Positions 19,482 to 29,462 of a stretch of DNA of 64,000 nt are shown piece after piece; within the stretch, counting starts at the first letter, position 1; each line of letters opens with the position of its first letter. Below the pieces are notes generated by a model. It was not told the origin of the DNA, made no database searches, and saw only the letters and a list, made by a program, of their open reading frames with translations. The position numbers and the translations under genes are program-made. Source of the stretch: Candidatus Delongbacteria bacterium (GTDB lineage Bacteria; CAIWAD01); the NCBI GenBank assembly GCA_963663545.1, contig OY760505.1, positions 1,952,001 through 2,016,000 of the forward strand, in the 5' to 3' direction.

Positions 19482-21017
19482 ATGTCACGGAACAAAGCCC
19501 TGTTGATCATCATGGATGGAATGGGCATTCGGGAGTCCAAAGAGCACAACGCGCTCGCCATTGCCAAGAAGCCCAATCTGGATCACTACTTCAGTACCGG
19601 TTCCTTTACCACCCTGGTCGCCCACGGTCGCGCGGTTGGTTTGCCCGACGGCGTCATGGGCAACAGTGAGGTCGGCCATGTCAACATCGGCGCCGGTCGT
19701 GTGGTGATGCAGGATCTGGTGCGCATTGATACCGCCTTTGAAAGCGGCGAGATTGCCAGAAACCCGGTGTTGCTCAAGCTAGTGGAGCGGCTCAAGGCAA
19801 CGGGGGGAGCGCTGCACCTGATGGGCTTGGCGAGCGATGCCGGAGTCCACTCGGACTTGCGTCACATGCTCAAGCTGATTCCCATTCTGAAGGAGCTGGG
19901 GCTGAAGCAGGTCTACTATCACGCCATCACCGACGGTCGTGATACACCGCCCAATTCGGGACTTGGTTATTTGCGCCAGGTGCGCGAACACTTTGCCAAA
20001 GTGGGGCTTGGACAGCTGGCCAGCATTGTTGGGCGTTATTACTGCATGGACCGCGACAAACGCTGGGAGCGCGTTCAGCTTGCCTACGATTGCCTGACAC
20101 AGGGCAAAGGTACACTAACCGGCGATCCGCTTGCCGCCGTACAGGCTGCCTATAATCGTGGCGAGACCGATGAATTCCTGAAGCCGTTGCTGGTGGACAA
20201 TGGCCAGGGCGCTCGCTACCTGCAGAGTGGCGACGCTGTGTTGGCGCTCAATTTCCGCGCCGACCGCATGCGCGAAATTGCGATGGCGCTGAATCAGGCC
20301 GATTTCGACGGTTTTGAACGCGCCAGCCGTCCGGAACTCACCTTTGTCACCATGACGCGCTACCAGAAGGCCTTCCCCTACGAAGTGCTTTTTGATGACG
20401 AAGAGCTGACCGGGCTCTTCGGCGAAATCGTCTCGCGTGCTGGTATGACGCAGCTGCGTATTGCCGAGACCGAGAAGTATGCCCACGTGACGTATTTCTT
20501 CAACGGCGGTCGCGAAGAGCAGTACGCGGGTGAAGAGCGCATCATGGTGCCATCTCCCAAGGTGGCGACCTACGATTTGCAGCCTGAAATGAGCGCGCCC
20601 ATTGTGGCAACCAAGTTGCACGAGGCTATTGAGCGGGACTTATACGACGTGATTGTGCTCAACTTTGCCAACGGCGACATGGTGGGACACACGGGTGTTG
20701 AGGCGGCCGCCGTGCAGGCGGTGGAAACCGTTGATCGCTTTGTGGGTGAGCTTGTGACGGCTTTCACGGCCAAGGGCGGAACCGTCGTCATTACTGCCGA
20801 CCACGGCAACGCCGACGAAATGTGGGACAGTGCGCACAATCAACCTCACACTCAGCACACGCTGAACCCCGTTCCGCTGGCCATTGTAACGGCCGATGGC
20901 AAGCACTACGAGTTGCGCAAGGACGGACGACTAAGCGACATTGCTCCAACACTGCTTCACTTGCTGGGACTGCAGCAGCCTGCAGAAATGACCGGACGCA
21001 GTCTGATTCTCGCGTGA
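19482..21017 (+). CDS. gpmI: 2,3-bisphosphoglycerate-independent phosphoglycerate mutase
   Basis: LIIMDG, MGNSEVGH, DGRDTPP, AETEKYAHVT, NGDMVGHTG, TADHGN; ATG after AAGGGG. Confidence 0.97.
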   Translation: MSRNKALLIIMDGMGIRESKEHNALAIAKKPNLDHYFSTGSFTTLVAHGRAVGLPDGVMGNSEVGHVNIGAGRVVMQDLVRIDTAFESGEIARNPVLLKLVERLKATGGALHLMGLASDAGVHSDLRHMLKLIPILKELGLKQVYYHAITDGRDTPPNSGLGYLRQVREHFAKVGLGQLASIVGRYYCMDRDKRWERVQLAYDCLTQGKGTLTGDPLAAVQAAYNRGETDEFLKPLLVDNGQGARYLQSGDAVLALNFRADRMREIAMALNQADFDGFERASRPELTFVTMTRYQKAFPYEVLFDDEELTGLFGEIVSRAGMTQLRIAETEKYAHVTYFFNGGREEQYAGEERIMVPSPKVATYDLQPEMSAPIVATKLHEAIERDLYDVIVLNFANGDMVGHTGVEAAAVQAVETVDRFVGELVTAFTAKGGTVVITADHGNADEMWDSAHNQPHTQHTLNPVPLAIVTADGKHYELRKDGRLSDIAPTLLHLLGLQQPAEMTGRSLILA

Positions 21018-21036
21018 TTCGCTTCACGACTACGAT

Positions 21037-21079
21037 AATCCGCAGGTTATTCACCAGAATTGCCTGCGGATTTTTCTTT
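21037..21079 (+). terminator. Intrinsic terminator after gpmI
   Basis: AATCCGCAGG...CCTGCGGATT stem followed by TTTCTTT. Confidence 0.8.
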
Positions 21080-21161
21080 GTGGCTTCATGCCGCCTGCTT
21101 ATTGCCGATATCGTTATGGTTGATACAATTGTATCGATATGACGAATGATGGAAAGCGGGA

Positions 21162-24017
21162 ATGCAGAACGACACCTCGAAGATTGCCCCCCACGTACGC
21201 CTGGTAGAATTGTATGGCGGTTCGCGTCAGCCGCATATGAAGCTACTCGACCACGTGGAGAAAGATGCGGAAGCGACCCACACCGTAATACGCCTGGATT
21301 GCGGTGCCTATCGAAATCCCTGGCGTAGTCACGATCACGGCATCATGGGACGCCTGCTCGACCGCATTCTGGAATTGCACCCCGAAATGCCCAACGAACC
21401 GGGCTACGAGATCGCCATGCGCGAACTCTGCTCTTATTCGAGCTACTGCCACATTCGTCCGCCGCTGTCTACCAGGCGCTACGACATCTACTATCGTCGC
21501 GCACAGATGCTGCAAGCAATGGTCCAGGTGTTGGGCAATCCGATAATTCGACCTCTGCTGCTGATTCTGGAGCGTTTTGAGTACATCGACATCTTCAGCG
21601 TCAACGTGTTACACGAAGTCATGCAGCTCGCGGCACGCGACCTGTCCGGTTTTCGCATGGTAGTGAGTCTTCTGCAACCACAGGCGTTTGCCTGCCGGAA
21701 GGATTGGGAAGACGGGCTCACACAGAACGAGAACTGGCGAACACGCATGGAGATGCCCGAAGAGTTGGAGGATGAACCGCCGCTGATTTCGATCTCCGGC
21801 CTGGCCGGGTCTTCAGTGGGACGTGAGTATCGCTTGTTGTCTGCATGGTTCTCTTTGAATCACGGCCCCGTGTTGCTGAAGCCGGTTCTCGGTTATCCGG
21901 GCATCAATCGTGAGCGAATGGAACAGCTGCTCAAGCGGCTGGAAACCGATGGCTTTCTCAGCATGCGTCCTTATGCGGGCGACCGCATGCTCGATACACT
22001 TGGCGCGGGTGGAAAACTGTTGACCAGCGTGATACAATCGGAGAAGGAGCTTGGTGAGGTTGCAGCAAAGCTGATTCAACACTTCAGCACCGAAGAAGAA
22101 GAGAGCTTTCGCTTGTGGTGCCAGTTCGTCAGCGGTTCTCTTGTCACACGGCACTGCTGGCGAGAGTTGGGTAATGGTGCGGCATTGATCGCCGCGCTTG
22201 ACCGATTGGAGCGCATTCCACACACCGCCTACTTGCGCCAGCGCATCGCCGAGCAGGTTCTGCTACGTACAAAGAAACGGGAATGGCATTCGCGCTGCCG
22301 TCGTACCCTCATCGAGACCGCCTTTGGGCAGTGGGATTTTCGCAAGGCCTTTCACTGGCTTTGTTACGCACCGCTGTCGCAACTGGCGGAATCGGACCTG
22401 CGTGAATTGATGGATCACATTCCACGTCTTTGGCGTCTCACCGGGCGCCTTGCCGAGTATCCCTCGTGGCTGGATGAGCAGCTAGCTGAAGCCGACGGGC
22501 GATCTCAACACATGTCTTTACTGCGATTACTGAAAGCCTTGCATCACATTTCAATGCACGAGAACGAGCGTGCGCGCACCATCCTCAAGGGCATCGACGT
22601 GCCGAAGGACGAGGAGCTGCGTCAGCAGATTATTGCCTGCAATCTGCTGATTCAAATGTCACAGGAGCGCAGCAGTGCGCGAATGATCGACGAGTTGGCG
22701 GAGTACATTCGCAAAAACGAAAGCGTTCTCGCGCCTTCCATGCGCGGGCTTGTGTTACAAATGATGCTGTGGCACGCGCAGAGTGGCCAGATTCTTCCAG
22801 CCTTGAGTCGTCATCAGGATCTGCTGGAAAACTGGTTTGTCGATCAAGCCATTGGCGAACCACTCAATCGGTTTCGCGCGCGTCAGAGCCGCTGGTATCT
22901 GGCCATGGGCCGTGTGCGTGATGCCCTGGTGCCGCTGGAAGCCAACATCAACGAGTACAGCGACAGCGGTGATACACGCAGGCTTTTGATCGAAGTAAAT
23001 ACGCTGGTAGAAACACAGCACCGTCTGAAGCGCTACGGCAAGGCGGCGGAGACCTTGGCACGCTATCTGGAGAACGTGTGCACACAGGAGGTCGATGGCT
23101 TCATTCTGGATTTGTTGCTGGCCACGGCCGAAGCGGGATATCGCTACTGTCTGGTGGACGCAGCGGCTCGGGCGGCGGAACGTTCCGGGCACATTCATCT
23201 TAAGAACGATTTGCACGCCCGGCAGATCCGTCGACGCACACAGGCGCAGGCGGATGCTTTCTTTCTGCTGGCGACTTGCGGCGGTGACTACGAGCAGGCG
23301 AGAATCAGCTGCAGGCACAATGTGGAGTCGCTGCGCAAGGTCGGAGCGACCGAGCTCGAGATGATGCACGCACAGGTTCGCGTGGACTACTGTTCGCGAA
23401 TGCTGCAAGGGCACTATTCTACGGGAACACCCGCCCGCGAGTACCGAGTGCATGTAGAATCGCTGGTGGCGCTGGAAGAGGACCTGGTTCGCTTCCTGAT
23501 TACGCTTGGCGATTTGGCATTGGCAGAAGATGACCGTACTACAGCCGTTCTCGTCTATCGTCGTCTCGAACCGTACCTCTACAAGAATTGGGGTTTCCTG
23601 GTCGCCACCTGGCAGGCTTCCTTTCAGCAGGTCTACCGGGAGCTGCGTGATCGTTCTGCCGAAATGGCCTTGCAGGCGCTTTGCCTTTCCGGGTTGGCGG
23701 GCCTGTCTTATTATGGCCGCTATCAGCAAATGCGTCTTCCGCGGCTGAGTGTGACACCACCGGACCGCGATTGCCTGCATTCGACTCTTTGTCTATGGGC
23801 AGAAACCCTCGCCGGTGACCGCGGCGCTGATGAACAGTGGCTGCGATTCACGGGTGCGGATCTGGGTGGAGGAGACCTGCAAGCGTGGCTGAGTCGCGAG
23901 CTTCGTCGCCTGGAGAACCTGCCGACGGAGTTTGATTACGACGACGAACAGCGCTGGCAGGAGGCGCTGGAGGTCTTGCGCAATCGCGTTCAGGGCCGAC
24001 AAGTGGAAACCGCGTAA
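21162..24017 (+). CDS. Large hypothetical protein; possible degenerate AAA/STAND NTPase with helical repeats
   Basis: 951-aa ORF; LLLILERFEYIDIFS resembles a STAND Walker B region; no intact Walker A; helical C-terminal region. Confidence 0.55.
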   Translation: MQNDTSKIAPHVRLVELYGGSRQPHMKLLDHVEKDAEATHTVIRLDCGAYRNPWRSHDHGIMGRLLDRILELHPEMPNEPGYEIAMRELCSYSSYCHIRPPLSTRRYDIYYRRAQMLQAMVQVLGNPIIRPLLLILERFEYIDIFSVNVLHEVMQLAARDLSGFRMVVSLLQPQAFACRKDWEDGLTQNENWRTRMEMPEELEDEPPLISISGLAGSSVGREYRLLSAWFSLNHGPVLLKPVLGYPGINRERMEQLLKRLETDGFLSMRPYAGDRMLDTLGAGGKLLTSVIQSEKELGEVAAKLIQHFSTEEEESFRLWCQFVSGSLVTRHCWRELGNGAALIAALDRLERIPHTAYLRQRIAEQVLLRTKKREWHSRCRRTLIETAFGQWDFRKAFHWLCYAPLSQLAESDLRELMDHIPRLWRLTGRLAEYPSWLDEQLAEADGRSQHMSLLRLLKALHHISMHENERARTILKGIDVPKDEELRQQIIACNLLIQMSQERSSARMIDELAEYIRKNESVLAPSMRGLVLQMMLWHAQSGQILPALSRHQDLLENWFVDQAIGEPLNRFRARQSRWYLAMGRVRDALVPLEANINEYSDSGDTRRLLIEVNTLVETQHRLKRYGKAAETLARYLENVCTQEVDGFILDLLLATAEAGYRYCLVDAAARAAERSGHIHLKNDLHARQIRRRTQAQADAFFLLATCGGDYEQARISCRHNVESLRKVGATELEMMHAQVRVDYCSRMLQGHYSTGTPAREYRVHVESLVALEEDLVRFLITLGDLALAEDDRTTAVLVYRRLEPYLYKNWGFLVATWQASFQQVYRELRDRSAEMALQALCLSGLAGLSYYGRYQQMRLPRLSVTPPDRDCLHSTLCLWAETLAGDRGADEQWLRFTGADLGGGDLQAWLSRELRRLENLPTEFDYDDEQRWQEALEVLRNRVQGRQVETA

Positions 24018-24170
24018 CACACAAAGAGCTACTCTCCTTCAATTGAATCCGGCGGCAAATGTGCGCAGCGCGCTTTCCGTACCAACATGGTGCTAGTTGG
24101 TATCACCATGACAGGGTGATACCTTTATAGCTTGGTCGGCGAAGCTGTCGTCGGCAGTAGGAGGTCGAAG

Positions 24171-24803
24171 TTGAACCTGAGTATCAAGACGTCCGATTTT
24201 CTCACCAGCGTTCAAGATCCGCGCCGGTTGCCGCCGGCGAAGCCGGAAATTGCGTTTGTGGGGCGTTCCAACGTCGGTAAGTCGAGCCTGATCAATCTTT
24301 TACTTGGACGCAAAGCGTTGGCGAAGGTCTCGGGCAAACCTGGTAAAACACGCTTGGTGAACTATTTCACGGTTAACGAAGACATCTACTTCGTCGACCT
24401 GCCAGGCTACGGCTTTGCCAGAACCAGTCAGGAGATGCGCCGCGACTGGTCAAAGATGATTGAAGAGTATTTGCTGACGCCGCGAACGCGATTGGTTGTC
24501 CAGCTCTTGGATGCGCGACACGGTGTAACACGCATGGATCTGCAGAGCATCGAGTGGCTGTGTTACAACATGGTTCCTGTTGTGATTGTGCTGACCAAGT
24601 GTGACAAGCTGAGCAAGGCGGCACTGGGGCATACATTGCTCTCGTTGCGGCGTCAGTTGAAGCCCTATTCTGTGTTACAGATTCTGGCCAGCTCGACCAA
24701 ATCACGGCATGGACGGGACGAACTGCTTGGGTACCTGGGCGCATGGCTGAAGCAGTACGGGCGTGCCGGAAAAGCGTCCAAAGAGGAGCAACAAGGTGAC
24801 TAA
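24171..24803 (+). CDS. engB: Ribosome biogenesis GTP-binding protein YihA/EngB
   Basis: GRSNVGKSS, PGKT, DLPGYG, TKCDK; TTG start after AGGAGG. Confidence 0.95.
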   Translation: MNLSIKTSDFLTSVQDPRRLPPAKPEIAFVGRSNVGKSSLINLLLGRKALAKVSGKPGKTRLVNYFTVNEDIYFVDLPGYGFARTSQEMRRDWSKMIEEYLLTPRTRLVVQLLDARHGVTRMDLQSIEWLCYNMVPVVIVLTKCDKLSKAALGHTLLSLRRQLKPYSVLQILASSTKSRHGRDELLGYLGAWLKQYGRAGKASKEEQQGD

Positions 24804-25776
24804 GTATTCTGAGGGCATGGACGCTGTGCGCAATCTGCAGGACGCCTATCAGCGTATTCGTGAAGAAATGGCGCAGGTGATTGTTGGTCAGGATCTGGTT
24901 CTTGAGCAGCTGTTAATTGCCATGCTTTGCCGCGGTCATTGTCTGCTGGTGGGCGTTCCGGGTCTGGCCAAAACGCTGATGATCAGCACTCTGGCCGGTG
25001 TTCTGGACCTCGACTTCAATCGCATTCAGTTCACACCTGATTTGATGCCCAGCGATATCACAGGAACAGAGCTGATTGAGGAGGACGGTGGTGGCAAGGC
25101 CTTTCGCTTCTACCGCGGACCGGTCTTTGCCAACATCGTGTTGGCCGACGAGATCAACCGCACACCGCCCAAAACCCAGGCCGCTCTCTTGCAGGCGATG
25201 CAGGAGCACGAAGTGACCGTTGCGGGCACAACGCACAAGCTGCCCGACCCCTTCTTTGTCCTGGCCACGCAGAATCCCATTGAGCAGGAAGGCACCTATC
25301 CCTTGCCCGAGGCGCAGCTCGATCGCTTCATGTTCATGCTCAAGGTGGAGTATCCAAGCTGGGAAGAGGAAGTGCGTATTGTGCGTAACACAACGGGCGC
25401 AACGCGTGTATCACCGAAACGTATTCTGGGTGCAAAGGAAATTCTCGATCTGCAACAGCTTGTATTACGGACGCCTGTTGCAGACAACATCATCGAGCAA
25501 GCGGTGACATTGGCCGCAAAGACTCGTCCTGGTGATACAAATGCTCCGGACTTTGTGCGCGAACAGGTGAACTGGGGCGCAGGTCCACGAGCCAGCCAGT
25601 ATTTGGTGTTGGGGGCCAAGTGTCGCGCTCTGCTGAATGGACGTCCCACGCCGGATGAAGAAGACTTGCGGTCGGTCGCCTTACCCGTTTTGCGCCACCG
25701 CGTGCTGACCTCATTTGCTGCCGAAGCCGAGGGTATTCGCAGTGATGATGTGATACGCCGCTTGCTGGAGGCTTGA
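24796..25776 (+). CDS. MoxR-family AAA+ ATPase
   Basis: GVPGLAKT, RIQFTPDLMPSDITG, LADEINR, ATQNPIEQEGTYPLPEAQLDRF. Confidence 0.95.
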   Translation: MTKYSEGMDAVRNLQDAYQRIREEMAQVIVGQDLVLEQLLIAMLCRGHCLLVGVPGLAKTLMISTLAGVLDLDFNRIQFTPDLMPSDITGTELIEEDGGGKAFRFYRGPVFANIVLADEINRTPPKTQAALLQAMQEHEVTVAGTTHKLPDPFFVLATQNPIEQEGTYPLPEAQLDRFMFMLKVEYPSWEEEVRIVRNTTGATRVSPKRILGAKEILDLQQLVLRTPVADNIIEQAVTLAAKTRPGDTNAPDFVREQVNWGAGPRASQYLVLGAKCRALLNGRPTPDEEDLRSVALPVLRHRVLTSFAAEAEGIRSDDVIRRLLEA

Positions 25777-26660
25777 TGTCGACCCTGCTGACGCCGGAGA
25801 TGCTGGGACGCTTTCGCACACTGGACCTGGTGGCCCGCTACCTGGTAGAGGGCTTTATTGCGGGCTTGCACCGCTCGCCGTATCACGGTTTTTCGGTGGA
25901 GTTCTCAGAGCATCGGCCCTATCAGCAGGGAGATGATGTGCGTCATATCGATTGGCGACTGTGGGCGCGCACGGGTCGTTATCACGTTAAGCAATACGAA
26001 GAAGAGACCAATCTTAAAGCGTGGGTGCTGCTTGATTCAAGCGCCTCCATGGATTACGGATCCGGATCGATCAGCAAGTTCCGTTGGGGATGCCTGCTCG
26101 CAGCGTCGCTGATGTATCTGATGATTCGCCAACAGGACGCGGCTGGCCTGGTGCTGTTTGACGATAAAATGCGATTGAAGATGCCGCCACGTGCCGTCCG
26201 CGGTTACCTGAACACGCTTTACTCGGCATTGGAACAAGCGCAACCTTCGGGCACAACTGCGATGGCGCAGACCTTGCATCACATGGCGGATGGACTCAAG
26301 AAGCGCGGTCTGGTGATTCTTATCAGTGACCTGCTGGACGATGAAGAGCAGGTACTGCAGGGTCTGAAGCATTTTCGTCACACAGGGCACGAGGTCTTGG
26401 TCTTTCACCTGATGGACCCGGCCGAACTGGATTTTTCGCGGCTCAGTGGTGGCCGTTTTCGTGACATGGAGAGCGGTGAGACAATAAGCGCCGATCCACG
26501 CCTGGTCGCCGAAGCCGTTAATCGCAGAACGCAGGCGTTTGTAACACGCATGAAACAGCGCTGTCGAGCCGAATCCATAGACTACATCGGTGTGGATACG
26601 TCGCGAGATATCGATCGAGTGCTGCTGGAGTATCTGATCAAGCGCAAGCGGATGGCCTGA
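25776..26660 (+). CDS. DUF58 (VWA-like) protein
   Basis: GLHRSPYHGFSVEFSEHRPYQQGDDVRHIDW, DSSASM, ILISD. Confidence 0.93.
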   Translation: MSTLLTPEMLGRFRTLDLVARYLVEGFIAGLHRSPYHGFSVEFSEHRPYQQGDDVRHIDWRLWARTGRYHVKQYEEETNLKAWVLLDSSASMDYGSGSISKFRWGCLLAASLMYLMIRQQDAAGLVLFDDKMRLKMPPRAVRGYLNTLYSALEQAQPSGTTAMAQTLHHMADGLKKRGLVILISDLLDDEEQVLQGLKHFRHTGHEVLVFHLMDPAELDFSRLSGGRFRDMESGETISADPRLVAEAVNRRTQAFVTRMKQRCRAESIDYIGVDTSRDIDRVLLEYLIKRKRMA

Positions 26661-27529
26661 TGGAGCACGGAGCTGGCAAACTTTCGGAGCCAGGCTTCTG
26701 GCGGGATACGGCAAAGCAAGTGCTGCTACTGGTGCTGCTTTTGATTACAGTCGTATCACCGTTTCCTGAGTGGTTGCTTGGCAGCTGGCTGCGGCTTGAG
26801 AACGGAAGTCGTGATACACTTGGACGTGCCCACGAGCGCCGCAATCTTGCCAACGAAAGCCGACAAGCAGCCGAGGAGCTAAGTCAAACGGTGGAGCGGC
26901 GTCGTCACGAATCGGGTGCAATAGTCAGTCTGGGTGCGTTACGAGATCACCTCGAGCGCTATGGCGAGCTCGGTTTGACAAGGCGAGAGCTGCTGGAATT
27001 CTACTCGGCCCTGCCGCAGAAACAGAGTGCCACTCTCGTATCACCGGATTCCTTGTTGCGGCTTGTGTATTCCAATGGATTAAATCGCGCCCAGTTCAAT
27101 CAGAACTCCGGCGCGAACGGGTCGACAGAGCTGCTGATCTTCGATGGCGATGGCGCACGGCTAGCCCGTTTTGAGTTTCCACTTATCGATCAACTCGACC
27201 TGGAGTTGGGCTTAACGGCCATCGCTCAAGGCGAAGGCCCCTTTGATCTGAGCGGTGTCGTTGTTGAGTTGAGTTTCGATCGCTGGGTTGCATCACCGGA
27301 CACATTGCCGGACTGCCGGGCCGCACTGACGCGGCTTGCCTTGGATCCCTACAATCAGATTTCACGCGTGCTACAGAACGCGCAAGGGACCATCTATGTG
27401 GAGTTGCATCACGAGGATGACTGGAGCTTGAAGCGCTTCATTGCCGACCACGACAGTGTCGATCATGAAGGGTACAACTTGCCCGCACGACAGGGTCTTC
27501 GGCGTATCTGGCCGTGGAGTCGTCCATGA
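26660..27529 (+). CDS. Hypothetical membrane-anchored protein
   Basis: TGATG/ATGA coupling at both ends, N-terminal TM helix. Confidence 0.65.
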   Translation: MEHGAGKLSEPGFWRDTAKQVLLLVLLLITVVSPFPEWLLGSWLRLENGSRDTLGRAHERRNLANESRQAAEELSQTVERRRHESGAIVSLGALRDHLERYGELGLTRRELLEFYSALPQKQSATLVSPDSLLRLVYSNGLNRAQFNQNSGANGSTELLIFDGDGARLARFEFPLIDQLDLELGLTAIAQGEGPFDLSGVVVELSFDRWVASPDTLPDCRAALTRLALDPYNQISRVLQNAQGTIYVELHHEDDWSLKRFIADHDSVDHEGYNLPARQGLRRIWPWSRP

Positions 27530-29462
27530 GACAATTCTTGCGGTTGATTCTCGCTCTGGCGCTTGCCACAGCCGGTGTTGCCTTGCTGGCGGTAATGATT
27601 TACACGCTTTCCGTGTTACACGATTTGCCGCAGTTGCCTGATTCGCTAAGCGAGTTGGAACCACCACGCCAAACGGAAATCCTTGATCGCTTCGGTGTTA
27701 CACTTGCCCGCATCGGAACGACAATCCCGGTTGAATATGAACAGGTGTCACCCCTTTTCATTGACGCGCTGCTCGCTGCCGAAGACACGGATTTCTTCCA
27801 TCATCATGGTGTGGACAAACGCTCGCTTCTGCGCTTGCTAATCGAACCTCTGCTAGGGCGTCGACGTACGGGCGGTTCAACCATTACTCAGCAGCTGGTC
27901 AAGAACATGTTTCTCACCTTCGAGAAGCATGTAGATCGCAAGCTGCGCGAGATGCTGCTGGCGGCGCAATTTGAGGCGAGCTACGACAAGCAGGATATTC
28001 TGCAGGCATATTGTAACACGGTCAATTTCGGCTCGGGGTGTCTGGGAATTGAAAGCGCGGCGCGCGAGTATTCGGCAAGTCTGCGGCCGGGCTGGATTTG
28101 GCGGAGGCGGCTACACTGGTTGCCGTTTTGAATGCCCCTGGGCGTTTGCATCCGCGGATCCACCCTGAGCGGTGTCGACAGCGGCGTGACTGGGTGATTG
28201 GTCGCATGCGGCAGTTGGGGTTGGTGGATGAGGCGAGTGCACTGCAAGCGAGTTCCGGCGAAGTGCGCGTCATTCCTGCTCGTGGTGGTCAGTACGGGCA
28301 CTTGCGTGATGCGGTTCTTAACGAACTGGAGACCTACTCGGCATTCGGTGATATCGATCCACAGGCCATTCCTTATGCCGGCCTTGTGATACATACAACC
28401 ATCGATGCCCGTCTGCAGGATCTAGCGCAGCACGAAGTTCGTAAGCGCTGCAGTGAGCTGGATGAACGATTGCCTGGCGACGACTATCTGCAGGGGGCCT
28501 TTCTGGCGGGTGATCCTTCCACGGGAGAAATCCTTGCGCTGGTGGGGGGCCGTGATTACTCAAGGTCTTCCTTCAATCTTGTGACACAGGCGCGTCGACA
28601 GCCGGGCAGCTCCTTCAAGCCCGTGTTGTATTACACGGCACTACGGGAGGGGTGGTCACCGCTTGATCAGGTCGTGGACAGCGTTCGTAGCTACGACATC
28701 GGCTACGGCCAGTATTGGACGCCGCGCAACTGGGATAACCGCGAAACCGGATCCCTGACCTTTGCATATGGCATCATGCAAAGCCTCAACACTGTTGCCG
28801 CACAAGTCGTGTTACAGGTGGGCGCCGCTGCCATGGTATCAAACGCTCAGGCGGCAGGCATTTCCAGCCCTCTGGATGCCGTTCCCTCACTGGCTTTAGG
28901 GAGCTCGGTCGTTCGTCCGCTGGAATTGCTTGGGCTCTACAGTGCGCTTGTGAATCAGGGTGTTTACAGCGAGCCGCATTTGCTGCGACACGTGGAGGAT
29001 GCTCACGGCAGACGTCTGATGCGCCGACGAGCAGAGCAGCGACAGGCCTTGGATCCGGTCGAGTGCTATCTCACTGTCGATATGCTCTGCGGCGCAGTGA
29101 AATATGGAACGGGCCAAGGCCTACTATCGGAGCAGTATCCAGGCGAGCTGGGAGGAAAAACCGGCACGACTAATGATTATCGAGATAGCTGGTTCTGCTC
29201 GGTAATGCCTCATCTGGTATCTGTTTCCTGGATGGGATACGAAGACAACGCACCCATGCGCTACAACGCTCGTCAGGGCGTCACCGGCGGCGGTGGTGCG
29301 CTACGGATATTCAAAGGGCTGTTGCCGGAGCTGGAGCGTTTGTATTACGACGAACAGGTGTTTCGCGTACCCGATGGTGTAGAGTTTCGAAAGGTGAATC
29401 TGCTGACCGGAGCGGAAGACCCGGAGGGGGCGCGGCTGGCGCTGCGTCTGATAGACTATTGA
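27526..29462 (+). pseudogene. Class A penicillin-binding protein (PBP1A family), split by a 1-nt deletion near 28070 (pseudogene or sequence error)
   Basis: Transglycosylase motifs EDTDFFHHHGVD, GGSTITQQLVKN, RKLRE in one frame; transpeptidase SSFK, SLN, KTG in the next; adding one T restores AAREYFGKSAAGLDLAEAA. Confidence 0.85.

Noticed and set aside
28061..28131. Programmed frameshift or phase variation in PBP1A; 28098..29462 as an independent gene
   Set aside because: No slippery site or repeat tract; the break falls inside a conserved motif and the downstream ORF has no export signal
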